DNA of 47,544 nt, taken from positions 1 through 47,544 of the forward strand of contig NW_021834654.1 in NCBI RefSeq assembly GCF_006345805.1, given 5' to 3'. The notes below the pieces were generated by a model. It was not told where the DNA came from. It was given only the letters and a program-made list of their open reading frames with translations, and ran no database searches. This DNA comes from Octopus sinensis. Taxonomy: Eukaryota. Both the position numbers and the translations under genes were made by a program. Positions 35,287 to 47,544 of the stretch are shown piece after piece (positions within the stretch are counted from its first letter, which is position 1; every line of letters begins with the position of its first letter).

Positions 35287-35470
35287 GATAAATTTTTTGC
35301 CATGAAACCACCTCAATTCTGGGAAGAGGGTATTTTCAAGTTAAAGGAAAGATGGAGACGCATTGTGCAACAAAATGGTTCATATTTGGTTGATTAATAT
35401 GTAATGGCAAGTATTTATTGACCTTTTCTTTCCTTTAAAAATCGGCACGAACTTTCCGGACAACCCAATA
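35287..35470 (+). mobile_element. Mariner transposon 3' fragment (transposase C-terminus plus right TIR)
   Basis: DKFFAMKPPQFWEEGIFKLKERWRRIVQQNGSYLVD*, stop at 35395-35397. TIR AAAATCGGCACGAACTTTCCGGACAACCCAA followed by TA. Confidence 0.85.
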
Positions 35471-35531
35471 GTAACAACAAACTTTCAATACGCCTGAGAC
35501 CGCCTTTGGTTCTATAATACAAATTTTATGT

Positions 35532-35745
35532 AGAGACGCATGGCTTAGTGGTTAGGGTGTTGGAGTGATGGTCGTTGGATCGTGGTCTTGATTCATGGAT
35601 CGGGCGACGCCTTGTGTTCTTGAGCAAAACACGTCATTTCATGTTGCTCCAGTCCACTCAGCTGGCAAGAAACGATTAATCTTTTGACGGACTGGCGTCC
35701 CGTCCAGGGAGGAATATATAAGCAAGGCAAACAGGAAGCCGTCCC
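35532..35745 (+). mobile_element. SINE family C
   Basis: GCATGGCTTAGTGGTTAGGGTG head, CTTGTGTTCTTGAGCAAAACAC..TTGCTCCAGTCCACTCAGCTG core, GACGGACTGGCGTCCCGTCCAGGG segment. Confidence 0.75.
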
Positions 35746-36099
35746 TCCGTTCCTTACATAGTAATGTGGACTGATCAATGTTTGAATGCGGTCTAAATTA
35801 AAATCTTAATTTCAAAATTTTATGTTAATTTATGTCGCAAAACGCCAGCTGATGCTTCGTGTACTCTCTAATATAATTAAGAATTTATTGTATAGCTATT
35901 TAATGCTAATATCGCTTGATGCCATTTATATTATTCTTGTTTTTATTATCAGTTATTTAGATTGGCCCCTGATAATAATAATAACAAGAGCCAACGATTA
36001 GCCAGAGATGATTTTTAGAATGAGAATACCTGAAATAAACTTGACTGCTCTCACAAAAGAGAATATTAAAAATAAATCTTACTGCTCTCAAAAATTAAG

Positions 36100-36515
36100 T
36101 AAAAAAAGATCCGGGAAAATATTCCAGAATCCTTGTTCGCTACCTGATCGATCCCAATAGTTATGGAATGTAAAGGTGACTGGAGAAAATTTAGCAACAG
36201 TAATAGATAATTTATCCTTATCTAAAACAAGTCAAAGTCAACAAATTCACCAGTCAAAATAGTTACAGCCTAAAGGGAGATAATTGAGAAAGACTTGAAA
36301 GTTAACGTAAGATCGTAATCATGCAAAGTAAATATAACAAATAATCCAGAATCCTTGTCCGGTACCGGATCGATCCCAAAATTTAAGCAGTTCATGTCAG
36401 TCACGAGGTCATACATCTCTGAAAGTTTACTCCGAATCCATCCAGTGGTTCTTGAGATATCTTGTCCACGGAAAAACAAACAAACAAACGCGACTGAGCG
36501 AAAGCGGAGGTAGTA
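36100..36515 (-). mobile_element. Helentron-associated (HINE/DINE-1-like) element
   Basis: Minus strand starts TACCTCCGCTTTCG...GTTTGTTTGTTTG...GATATCTCAAGAACCACTGGATGGATT. Internal repeat CCAGAATCCTTGT.CG.TACC.GATCGATCCC at ~36124 and ~36345. Confidence 0.55.
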
Positions 36516-36891
36516 ATAACATATTTACGAGTACTTATTTTATAAAAGTTATTTTACTAAATTCTTTGTTACTTTCTAAATCATTTGAAGCAGCAGGTGT
36601 ATTTCAAAAGAAATACGGTAAGAAATACGGTAATGGTAAATTCAACAGCCATTTACGGGTGTGAATAATGGATGTCGAACGTTAAAACCGAGGAAAAGAT
36701 AATTGCTTTCAAGTGAAAAGTTTTAAGAACAGTGTAACATTTATGAACAGAATATCGAACGGGAAGACATGGAACTACGAAACAATCCTCTTAGTTGTCG
36801 GAGAAGGAGAAAATGATGTGTTTTGGTCGGGGACCATGATGCTATGCCACCATTCCTCTAGTGAAGATGGCTATACGTGCTATATACATCC

Positions 36892-37053
36892 AGAGTCGTG
36901 GCTGTGTGATAGGAAGGTGTCTTCTACTATAACCTCGGACCGACCGAAGCCTTGTGAGTAGATTTTGCTGACGGAAACTGAAAGAAGCCCATCATATATA
37001 TATATATATATGTGGTGTGGGGTTAAATGTGATATATATATATATATATATAT

Positions 37054-37099
<46 letters not shown>

Positions 37100-37388
37100 A
37101 TATATATATATATATATATACACAAATATATGTGTGTGTGTGCATCTGTGCGTGTATGTGTGGTGAGGTGCGTGTGTATGTGTATGTGTTTGTCTGCCAG
37201 CATCACTTGACTACCAGTGTTGGTTGTTTACGTCTCCTTAACTTAGTGGTTCGGCAACAGATGATCGATAGAATAAGTACCATGCTTAAACAGAATAAGT
37301 ACCAAGGGGCTGATTTCTTCGGCTAAAAACTTTCCCAGGCGGTGCTCCTTCATGGCTGCAGTCTAATGAGAGAAACAAGTAAAAGAGA
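36892..37388 (+). mobile_element. SINE family A with head deletion and expanded TA linker
   Basis: Core, linker (~36993-37190) and tail are all recognisable. Confidence 0.8.
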
Positions 37389-37574
37389 AACAATGTTGCA
37401 TTGCTTCAGCACCAACGATTACAGGACTTTGAAACCTTGCACTAGAGTACGGGAGTTGGGAGTGGAGTTGCAGCACTTGGTTTTTCTACTTAAATTTTAC
37501 CCAAAGGAACCTGTCACAGTTATAAGAGGTGAAAAAGACATAGACGTTCCGGTAGTCAAGTCGGAGTGCGATTA

Positions 37575-37829
37575 TATTGGGTTGGTGCATAATTATTGCG
37601 GCTTTTTCCAACAAATTTTATTCAGCAAAAACAATAACAATATTTAACAAAAAACATCTTTAAATGACAGTCTGACCGTCTGCCAAGCAAACAGGAAGCA
37701 GGAATTGAAGTAGATGGTGAATATGCTCCAGAATAATCATTTAAAGATGTTTATGTTACATACTGTTATTGTTTTTGTTGAATCAAATTTGTTGAAAAAG
37801 AGCCGCAATAATTATGCGCCAACCCAATA
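37575..37829. mobile_element. Mariner-derived MITE with ~90-bp TIRs and TA TSDs
   Basis: TA-TTGGGTTGGTGCATAATTATTGCGGC...GCCGCAATAATTATGCGCCAACCCAA-TA. The centre retains a GIEVDGEYAPE*-like transposase C-terminal remnant. Confidence 0.9.
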
Positions 37830-38299
37830 CATCCTACCGCAGATACGACATTCATAGCAATGAGATTTGACAGGTATGCAGAATCTTTCATCAATTATTG
37901 GACATGACGTGTCATTTCATTAACCTATGCCTAGATTCCACCAAGCTGGAGCAGTTTAATTATACCCACCATGCAGTGAGAGAAAGCCGGTTGACGTAGG
38001 CGTTCTTTCCCCTTTAATAAATCGAGCTGAGTTCAACGACCGATGTTTAATTTTAATACAAATGTAGATATACATATTTATACAAACAACTCAGATCTCT
38101 CTCGCTTCCAGCATATCTCTCCTTCCTCTATCTCTCTCTCTCTCAATCATTCGTCAAGGATACTCTATACTTGTTTAGTCCTGCCTCTGCCCTTCCTTAT
38201 TCCCTTCACACAAACACAAACACACACACACACATACTCTCTCTCTCTCTCTCTCTCTCTCTTTTCTCTCTTTACCTATTGAAGCGTTCATTATACAGA

Positions 38300-38420
38300 A
38301 ATAGCATGATATTGTGAAGTATGATCCGAGAACATTGCACCTCTAGGACAATATGACGCAGGATCGAAATGAATGGCTGTATGCCATGGAAGGAATCCGT
38401 CATCACTTGCCAGAAGAGGT
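38300..38420 (+). mobile_element. Highly decayed RTE/RTE-X LINE ORF2 C-terminal fragment
   Basis: DIVKYDPRTLHL*DNMTQDRNEWLYAM resembles the W-D-VK-DL--L-L---M--DR--W pattern of RTE C-termini. Confidence 0.45.
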
Positions 38421-38489
38421 AAACCGATGACAAAAAATCATAATGCTGTTGTTGCTACTAATGTAAAAAAAAAAGAAAAAAAGAAAAAA

Positions 38490-38769
38490 GAAAAAAAAAA
38501 TATATGTATGTATGTATGTATATATGTATGTATATATATATGCACGCGGAATAAAGTATGAATGCAACATTTGTATGTGTGCGTTTATGTGTGTGTGTAT
38601 GTGTGCATGTGTGTGTGTATTTGTGCGTGCGCGTGTGTATATACATATGGATTCAGGTAATCTACATATAAACCTACCTACCTACTTACCTACATACCTA
38701 CCTGTTACCTACCCTAACTACCTTACTACATACTTACATACATACTCGATTATATATATATATAAATAG

Positions 38770-38816
<47 letters not shown>

Positions 38817-38972
38817 TGTACGTATGGTTTTTATACCAACCCCACGCACATACGTCGTGTAAACAAATGTATATATATTATATATATAATACATATGCAT
38901 ACATATCTACTTACCGATAGTAGTCTTATTCTTCCCTTTTGACACACACACACACGAATACACACACACATG

Positions 38973-39012
<40 letters not shown>

Positions 39013-39245
39013 ATATATATATATATATAATTACATAATACTTATAAGTATGTATTTATACACACATACTTATATAGATACACACGCACATATCCATCAG
39101 ATCCTCGACTATAAGATCATTAGAGTACAACCAATTCAATGCCAGAACACATAAAACCATTCCTTCGGCATTTCTTCTACTCATATAACAAATATGTGTA
39201 TTTGTATGCTTTTGCGTGCGCGCAGGAATAGGTATACGTATGTAT

Positions 39246-39278
<33 letters not shown>

Positions 39279-39342
39279 GATATTATATATATATTTATAG
39301 AGATGTACAAATGTATGTATATATAAGTAGGTATGTATGTGT

Positions 39343-39391
<49 letters not shown>

Positions 39392-40697
39392 TATATAAAC
39401 ACATACACACATACAAGTATATATTTCTGTGGCATACATATACGTATATGTATGTATGTATATATATATATATATATACATTACAAATATAAATATATAC
39501 CACAGCGCATACTTATATATATAATGCATTATATATATATTAATAATATTATATATATGCATGCATGCATATGTATATGATATAAATGCACGTTCACACC
39601 ACAATATATATAATGTATACACACACAGACACACATATACATGTACATACATATATGCATATACATACATATATATGTATATACATACATATATACATAT
39701 ATGCATGCACATATACAACATATTGTATATGATATATATATATATATATAATATATATATATATATAGATTGCACTGCATTTATACAAACAATTACACGT
39801 ACATACACACACACGCACATACATCTTACGGAAGGTACATTACAACGCCACCTTACGGCAAAAACTAATAAATAATGTAAGTATTAGGTTTTAGAGAATC
39901 TATCGTATTTTTAATATATATTTTTTTCATGTTTCTACGCCCCCTCTTGCTATTTTTTATATTTAATATCTTTTCAATCGTCGCCTTTGTAGGTTCGCCA
40001 TTATTTTTGCTATTGCTGTCGTTGTTGTGCGTGTGGCTATTGTTATTGTTGTTGTTGTTGTTGCTGTTGTTGTTGTAGTCTAGTGCTACGATGTTCTTGA
40101 TCTTGGTTACTCTAATATTTTGTGAAATGGTAACTGCAAGGAGAAGAGGTTGGATGGAAGGGGTGGAAGTAAATATAAGACAAAAAAAAGATGAAGGTTG
40201 AGTGAAAAAAAATGTGAGTGCAGTATTATTTGCATAGTGGTCTGCGACTGTTTGAATGTGTGCGTATGTATGTATGTATGTAAGTATGTATGTATGTATG
40301 TATGTATGTATGTATGTATGTATGTACGTACGTATGTATGTATGTATCTATGTGTGTATGTATGTATGTATGTGTGTATGTATGTATGTATGTATGTATG
40401 TATGTATGTATGTATGTATGTATGTACGTACGTATGTATGTATGTATCTATGTGTGTATGTATGTATGTATGTATGTATGTATGTATGTATCTATGTGTG
40501 TATGTATGTATGTATGTGTGTATGTATGTATGTGTGTGTGGGTGTATTAGTGTATGTGCGCGCGCTTAAGTACGAGTCACCACAGCACCCTACCTCAGAA
40601 TCACATAAATGTAAATATACACCGGACACGTGTTTATATATATATATGTGTATATATAATATTATATATATGTGTGGTGTGTATATATGTAGTTTAA

Positions 40698-40757
<60 letters not shown>

Positions 40758-41254
40758 GTATATATATATATGTATATATATATGTATATTTGAATATATA
40801 TATACATATACACACATATACATATATATATATATGTATATATATATATATGTATATTTGAATATATATACATATATGTATATATATATATGTATATTTG
40901 AATATATATACATATATGTATATATAAATATACTTATATATATTCATATATATACACACATATATATATATAGATATATATATATACTTATATATATATA
41001 CACACACATACAAATGCATATATATATAAATGCATATCTATATATATACACATGCATATATATGTATCTATATACATATAACGTATATATGCATTATAGT
41101 GTGTTTGTGTGTGTATAATTTGTATAGGTAAACGCGCGTAAGTTTTATGTATACACACACACGCACACGCACGCACACACAGAAGCAGGTGCTCATTCGC
41201 TGTTAGCCATTTTCTCAAACATACATAAGTTTATGTGATGTGGTCATGTGTATG

Positions 41255-41289
<35 letters not shown>

Positions 41290-41600
41290 ATGTGTGTGTG
41301 TGTGTGTATATACACACACACATATATATATACCGTCAATTTAGGTCTATGTATGTATGACTGAGGGGTGGTGCTTATATAGATTCCCATACAGGTAACA
41401 CTACTCTTCTGCATGCTGTATCCACACAGACATGTACGCAATTTGTACGTAGAAATAAGCACAGACATGTACATAAAAACGCCTACACACACACGTACAT
41501 GCTCTCTCGCACACGTTCTCTCTCTCACACACACACACACCCACAAACACAGACACACACACGTATTTATACATAGCATATCATACATGAATATAGTTAT
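38490..41600. repeat. Large (TA)n/(TATG)n/(CA)n/(TG)n microsatellite-rich block
   Basis: Direct observation, with short unique interruptions. Confidence 0.9.
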
Positions 41601-41899
41601 ATCTATTTATACAAGATAAAAAAATGTATATGATTAACTAGCTATTTATGTGTCTACGCATCATGTATTGATATATTTCTCTGTAATCCACCATTTTTCT
41701 ATAGCGTTATTTATCTTTCTATAGAGTTATCTGTATCCTTCTGACTGCGTACATCTTCGTTTTCTGAAAAATCTTTCCATATCAGGTAATATGTTTTACG
41801 TTATACGACGAACATCTTCTGTATTTTACACTTGTTCACCTCATTCCTTTTATTACCCAGTCTACTAGTGTACGAAACTGTATTTTGTAATCTCTCTCC

Positions 41900-42262
<363 letters not shown>

Positions 42263-42325
42263 TGAGTGCATCTGGTAGACGGAAACAGTGAAGAAACCCA
42301 TAGTATATACTCATATACGATACAG

Positions 42326-42631
42326 GGTGGAGGCACATGGCTTAGTGGTTAGAGCAGCGACTCGCGGTCGAGGGATCGTGGGTTCGAATCTCAGACCGGG
42401 CGATTTGTGTGTTTATGAGCGAAACAACTAAGTTCTACGCGGCTCTGGCAGAAGGTAATGGCGAACTTCTGCTGACTCTTTCGCCACAAATTTCTCTCAC
42501 TCTTTCCTCCTGCATCTTGCAGCTCGCCTGCGACGGAACGGCGTCCTGTTCAGGTGGGGGAACCTATACGCCAAGGAAACCGGGAAACCGGCCCTCATGA
42601 GCTAGGCATGGCTCGAGAAGGAACAAACAAG
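42326..42631 (+). mobile_element. SINE family B, full length
   Basis: A and B boxes, plus a perfect 12-bp TSD TATACGATACAG at 42314-42325 / 42632-42643. Confidence 0.92.
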
Positions 42632-42729
42632 TATACGATACAGAGACTCACACACACACTCACATACACACACATACATCTTTATATATATATACATATA
42701 TATACATACATATGCATACACACACATTT

Positions 42730-43098
42730 TTAATTATATTAGAGGGTACACGAAGGACCAGTTTTTCCAGACAGTGGAAGTAAAAAATCTCAACTTGACC
42801 ACCAATCTCACTGAAAAAATAAAACGGATCAACAGAAATCGGGCAAACGAATTGAATTTAACGGTAAGACCTGCTGAGGAGATTTAAGACTCTAGCCAGA
42901 ATTCGAAATCCCGATCCAGGTATATCTGTTGCCTTCTTCTACGGCTTTTTAGCTGAGAAAATCTATATTAAATTCCACTCGTTTGCCCGATTTCTGTTGG
43001 TCCGTTACATATTCTCAGCAAGACTAGTGGTTAAGTTGGAGGTTTTTACTTCCACATTTTATCAAGCTGGTACTTCGTGTACCCTCTAATATAATTAA
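42730..43098. mobile_element. Fold-back/MITE-like element with ~130-bp imperfect inverted arms
   Basis: TTAATTATATTAGAGGGTACACGAAG...CGGATCAACAGAAATCGGGCAAACGA and TCGTTTGCCCGATTTCTGTTGGTCCG...CTTCGTGTACCCTCTAATATAATTAA. Confidence 0.8.
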
Positions 43099-43240
43099 GA
43101 ATTCATTGTATAGCTACTTAATGCTAATATCGCTTGCTGCCATTAATGTTATTGTTATTGATTATTTAGATTTTCCGCTGATAATATTAATAGTAATATC
43201 TTTACGAGTATTCATTTTGAATATTTCCTCATTCTTATAC

Positions 43241-43318
<78 letters not shown>

Positions 43319-43376
43319 TGTGTGTGTGTGTATGTATGTATGCATGCATATACTATTGTATATTATAGATATATAG

Positions 43377-43411
<35 letters not shown>

Positions 43412-43439
43412 GTATATGTATATATATATATAATGTATA

Positions 43440-43516
<77 letters not shown>

Positions 43517-43544
43517 GCATATATATATATGTGAGTGTGTCCTG

Positions 43545-43850
43545 AAGGCGCGTGGGTTAGTGGTAAGGGTATTCGGCTTACTTTTGTAAGGTCTTGAGTT
43601 CGAATCATGTCGCAGCCTTGTGTTCTTGTGCAAGACATTCTTTTTCATGTTGCTCCCGTTCTGTAAACTCACAAAAATCAGCTGTACTTGTAATTCAAAG
43701 TGGCAATCTTCTCATAATCTGTATCAATCTAAATCTCCATGAGAACTACGTTAAGGGTACGCGTGATTGTGGAATGCTCAGCCGAGGAGGGTGTTCCGTT
43801 GATCGGATCAACTGTTATACTCGTTGTCGTAACCAATGGTATGCCAGTTT
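43545..43850 (+). mobile_element. Diverged SINE with a family C-like head and a different tail
   Basis: GGCGCGTGGGTTAGTGGTAAG A-box, GAGTTCGAATC B-box, CTTGTGTTCTTGTGCAAGAC..TTCATGTTGCTCC core. Confidence 0.65.
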
Positions 43851-44484
43851 ACATATATGAATATGTGCATATTTATATTGCAGGGAATCACTCGCTATTC
43901 TTCGCCATTATAATACCTCTTTACTTATTAGTTTATCTGACGTAATCTTCTCATGTAAACACGAGCTTTATTCCACATTTGCTCATTACATAAAACCTTT
44001 ACAATTTCCCCTAATTATAATTTCTCCTAATTGTGGCCGAATCCCTTTACTTTTTATCCAAATATGCAAGTCCAAATTTTTCCTATTCTCTTTCTCTCAA
44101 CCACTTCCGTCCTCCGATACCCATCACTCCTTTACCTCGATACGTATCTCTTCCCGCCTCTTTGTTTGATCATTTGGCATTTCTAACTGATTTATGGTTG
44201 GCATCATATCTTTGCCACTCGTGAAGTTCGCTAGGCTGATTTTAACTTTATCTTCTCTCCTTCTCTCTTCTCTCTGTTTCTTCTATTTTATCCTTCTTCC
44301 TTTCTTTTCATGTGGTAGATATTGTCTTTCCTCTTCTTTCTCGTACCTCTGATCTGATCTGATTCTGCTCCCTCCGCTTATGTTTGCTAGCGCTAGGATA
44401 TGAAGCATATTTGTCAATCTCCTCTTGATGAATGTTATCGAGCTTATTGTAATTTGTGTATATTTATGTTGTGTATATATATAT

Positions 44485-44866
44485 GCGAAGGAGTGGCAGT
44501 GTGGTATGTAGCTTGTTCACGAACCACATGGTTTTTGGGTTCAGTCCCACTGTGTGGCACCTTGGGAGAGTGTCTTCTACTATAGCCTCGGGAAGACCAA
44601 ATCCTTGTGAGTGGATTTGGTGGACGGAAATTGAAAGAAGCCCGTCGTATATATATGTATATGTTTGAGTGTCTGTGTTCGTCCCCCGCCATCGCTTGAC
44701 AATCGATGTTGGTGTGTTTATGTCCCCGTAAGCTAGCGGTTTGGGAAAAGAGACCGATAGAATAAGTACTAAGCTTACAAAGAATAAGTCCTGCGATCGA
44801 TCTGTTCGACTAAAGATGATGCTCCAGCACGGCCACAGTCAAATGACTGAAACAAATAAAAGAATA
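44485..44866 (+). mobile_element. SINE family A, full length with short unexpanded linker
   Basis: Head, core and tail all match 10586-11003. Confidence 0.88.
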
Positions 44867-45132
44867 TATGTATAAACATATAGATATATATGTGAGTTTA
44901 GAGGGATGTATATATGCGGGCGGATACTGTGCTCGCTCTCAGTTATGTTCCAGGTTACGGCTAACCGCACCGATTAGTATTTAGCCATAAAAATATGGTG
45001 TATGATATTCGAAAATAATCGTTATAATTATTCCACAGACACACACACACACACACTAACTCATATACTCACACACATATCAATATGTATATGTAAATAT
45101 ATATATGTAAATAAATAAATAATATATATATA

Positions 45133-45200
<68 letters not shown>

Positions 45201-45319
45201 TATATGTATGTATGTATGTATATATATATATCAACTACATACATATTTGTATATACTGTTAAAATTTAGTTACACTTGTCAGATAAACACTTCCAGACTT
45301 AACTCTTCACTTAAAGACG

Positions 45320-45710
45320 CTTTCATATTCTCTGTGGCCATGCTGGGCTACCACCTTGAAGAATTTTCTTAGTTGAATGAATCGACCTGAGTAGTTTTTT
45401 GCCGAAGCACCAAGTTACAGTGACGTAAACACACCAGCACCGATTGTCAAGCGATGGTCGAGAACAAACAGAGACACAAATACACACACTCACTCAGACG
45501 CACGCACATACACACACGCACACACACGCATACACACACACACGCACATATACGGCAGGCTTCTTTCTTTTTCCGTCTACCAAAAGCCACTCACAAGGCT
45601 TTGGTCGGCCCGAGGCTATAGTAGAAGACATTTGTCCAAGTTGCCACGCAGTGGGACTGAACCCGGAACCACGTGTTTGGGAAGCACACACGTCTTACCA
45701 CACAGCCATA
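45320..45710 (-). mobile_element. SINE family A
   Basis: Reverse-complement head and core (CACGCAGTGGGACTGAACCCGGAACC) with a degraded tail. Confidence 0.8.
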
Positions 45711-46343
45711 ACTGTTTACATTCGCTTCATTCATATAGATATAAGCATTTAGTTAATTCTTAAGCGGTGGTATAGCGCAGATTTTGTCCGTCCTTTACGA
45801 GAGCCAACTTGGTTGCCTTACCTTCCTTCTACCGCAGCATACGTTTGACTAGAGCAATTGTCCTTCATCTCTCACATTGGTCACGCTGTCATCCGCTCTC
45901 GGCACACCACACATCCCCACGCCATGCTCCTGTCCTTGAGTGTAAACAAACGTGATATTCGTTTTTTTTCTTTCAAATCTCGATGTTAATATTTAGAAAG
46001 GGAGTTATTATATCACGGATTTTTTTTTTAATATTATATTACTCTGGATATTGAATTTTAAAACAAGGTTATCCTATAAATCCTTCTTTCATCTTTCGAA
46101 ATCTTTCATTACGACAAGTATATCATCCACATAACGACTGTATATTGCTTTGATCAGTTATCACATTATTTTCTATAGCTGTCATGTAGAAATCGGCAAA
46201 CATGAGATCTAACGGAGAACCCATGGCTTCTCTTTATTTTTACTTATAGAAGTTGCCCGTGGACAACGAAAGGCTACTACAGTCGGATAGAATGATTGTA
46301 GCTTTCTGAGGAGCTTAGCAGTGTTAGTTTATATCATTTGGTG

Positions 46344-46344
<1 letters not shown>

Positions 46345-46440
<96 letters not shown>

Positions 46441-46460
46441 ACACACACACACACACACAC
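46345..46460. repeat. (CA)n microsatellite
   Basis: Direct observation. Confidence 0.95.
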
Positions 46461-46996
46461 AAACAAGCAAACACATACACACATATACAGAGAATCTTGG
46501 GGGCTGTGAAAGCGAATTTCTTAACCACATGGCTATAGTTGCACCTGTCTGTCTTTCCATTATGGTTTGAGACAAATTCATCGTCGAAAGTTAATCTACT
46601 CGGAGATAACAATACAGTTATATGAATTCGGTAAGACGAAACAATCCAATTTAAAATTTAATATTATAAATGAATTATTACTTCAAAAACAAACAGAAAT
46701 ACAAACTGCAATTCGCCGCATTGATAATTAACTTGATAGAAAAAAAAAACGCCAGTTTTTTTTTTGTCATAGCCTTAGCAGCTATGACGAAATGGCTTTT
46801 ACTGTTCATTATACCATTCACTTTCACTTAACTATTATCTAAACATGTTTTTCTCGTCTCGTCTTCACAGTTACCTCTGATACACTGCAAATTACTTAAC
46901 TATCCTGCCTCAGGACGTCTTTGTCTCCAACAGTTCAATCCGTATTGTTGGATGGCCAATATAAGGATAATTCCTTGTTTGTTACTTCTGTTATTG

Positions 46997-47052
<56 letters not shown>

Positions 47053-47079
47053 ACACACACACACATATAAATATACGTA

Positions 47080-47270
47080 TACATTATTTACATAATTTAC
47101 ACTTGACGGATATTTGTCCTCATCTTGTTTGTTGTTAACACTACGTTTCGGCTGATATACCCTCCAGCCTTCATCAGCCGAAACGTTGTGTTAACAACAA
47201 ACAAGATCAGGACAAATATCCGTCAAATGTAAAATAATGTACAAAATTCCTCATCTCTTAAAAATGGAGT
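47080..47270. mobile_element. Fold-back derivative of the family E PLE end, with a partial hammerhead motif on the minus strand
   Basis: Arms 47080-47155 and 47174-47241 with an 18-nt loop. Minus strand reads CUGAUGA-A-GGCUG-loop-CAGCC-GAAA-CGUA. Confidence 0.75.
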
Positions 47271-47523
47271 TCATATATATATATGTATATATACATTATA
47301 CATACACGCACACATGCTGATATATATTAATGGAGCAATAAAAATATATGATTAGGACACCTCCTCCCCTAAGTACGACTTTCTAAGTAAACACTCAATG
47401 GTACGGAAACCCATTTCCAGCAAAGAAAGAAACCCATTTCCAGCACAACGTTTGAAACGAAAGAAATGTTTGGTTTCAGAACAGATATCACGAAAATTAT
47501 TTTAATTTTCCTTTCTCTTACAG

Positions 47524-47544
47524 CTTGACTACATCGTCTTGAAA
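47524..47544 (+). other. Candidate start of an exon running off the window (LDYIVLK in phase 0)
   Basis: Strong acceptor TTTTAATTTTCCTTTCTCTTACAG at 47500-47523. Only 21 nt are visible. Confidence 0.3.

Noticed and set aside
36164-36175. TGGAATGTAAAG matches the first 12 nt of miR-1
   Set aside because: The match stops there, there is no hairpin, and it lies inside a repeat.
44494-44505. TGGCAGTGTGGT matches the 5' end of miR-34
   Set aside because: It is the A-box region of a family A SINE head, with no precursor hairpin.
45780-45960. GC-richer island with a minus-strand donor GAAG/GTAAGG
   Set aside because: No acceptor, promoter or open frame could be supported.

Overview
A 47.5-kb eukaryotic window dominated by repeats. 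No complete or confidently identifiable host protein-coding gene, rRNA, bona fide tRNA or CRISPR array is present, and almost all ORF-track entries are translations of microsatellites. The repeat content resembles an Octopus-type coleoid cephalopod intron or intergenic region (inference). It comprises very dense di-, tri- and tetranucleotide tracts and at least five tRNA-derived SINE-like families, which I label A-E. Other elements are decayed relics of R4/Dong-like, Tx1/L1-like and RTE-like LINEs, mariner, pogo and hAT MITEs, Helitron/DINE-1-like non-autonomous elements and Penelope-like (PLE) ends. The most interesting signals are: (i) a short element combining a Pol III tRNA-like head with a PLE-type minimal hammerhead ribozyme motif and an inverted terminal copy (34732-35089), with a fold-back derivative at 47080-47270; (ii) SINE family A, whose internal TA/TG microsatellite linker hosts nested insertions (a Tx1 fragment and another SINE); (iii) a tandem array of hAT-derived MITEs with an internal 31-bp minisatellite; (iv) several long inverted repeats that could form dsRNA; (v) a ~1.17-kb tandem duplication that looks like an assembly artefact. 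A few weak candidate exons and enhancer-like islands are flagged at low confidence. All family assignments come from motif recognition, not database searches.
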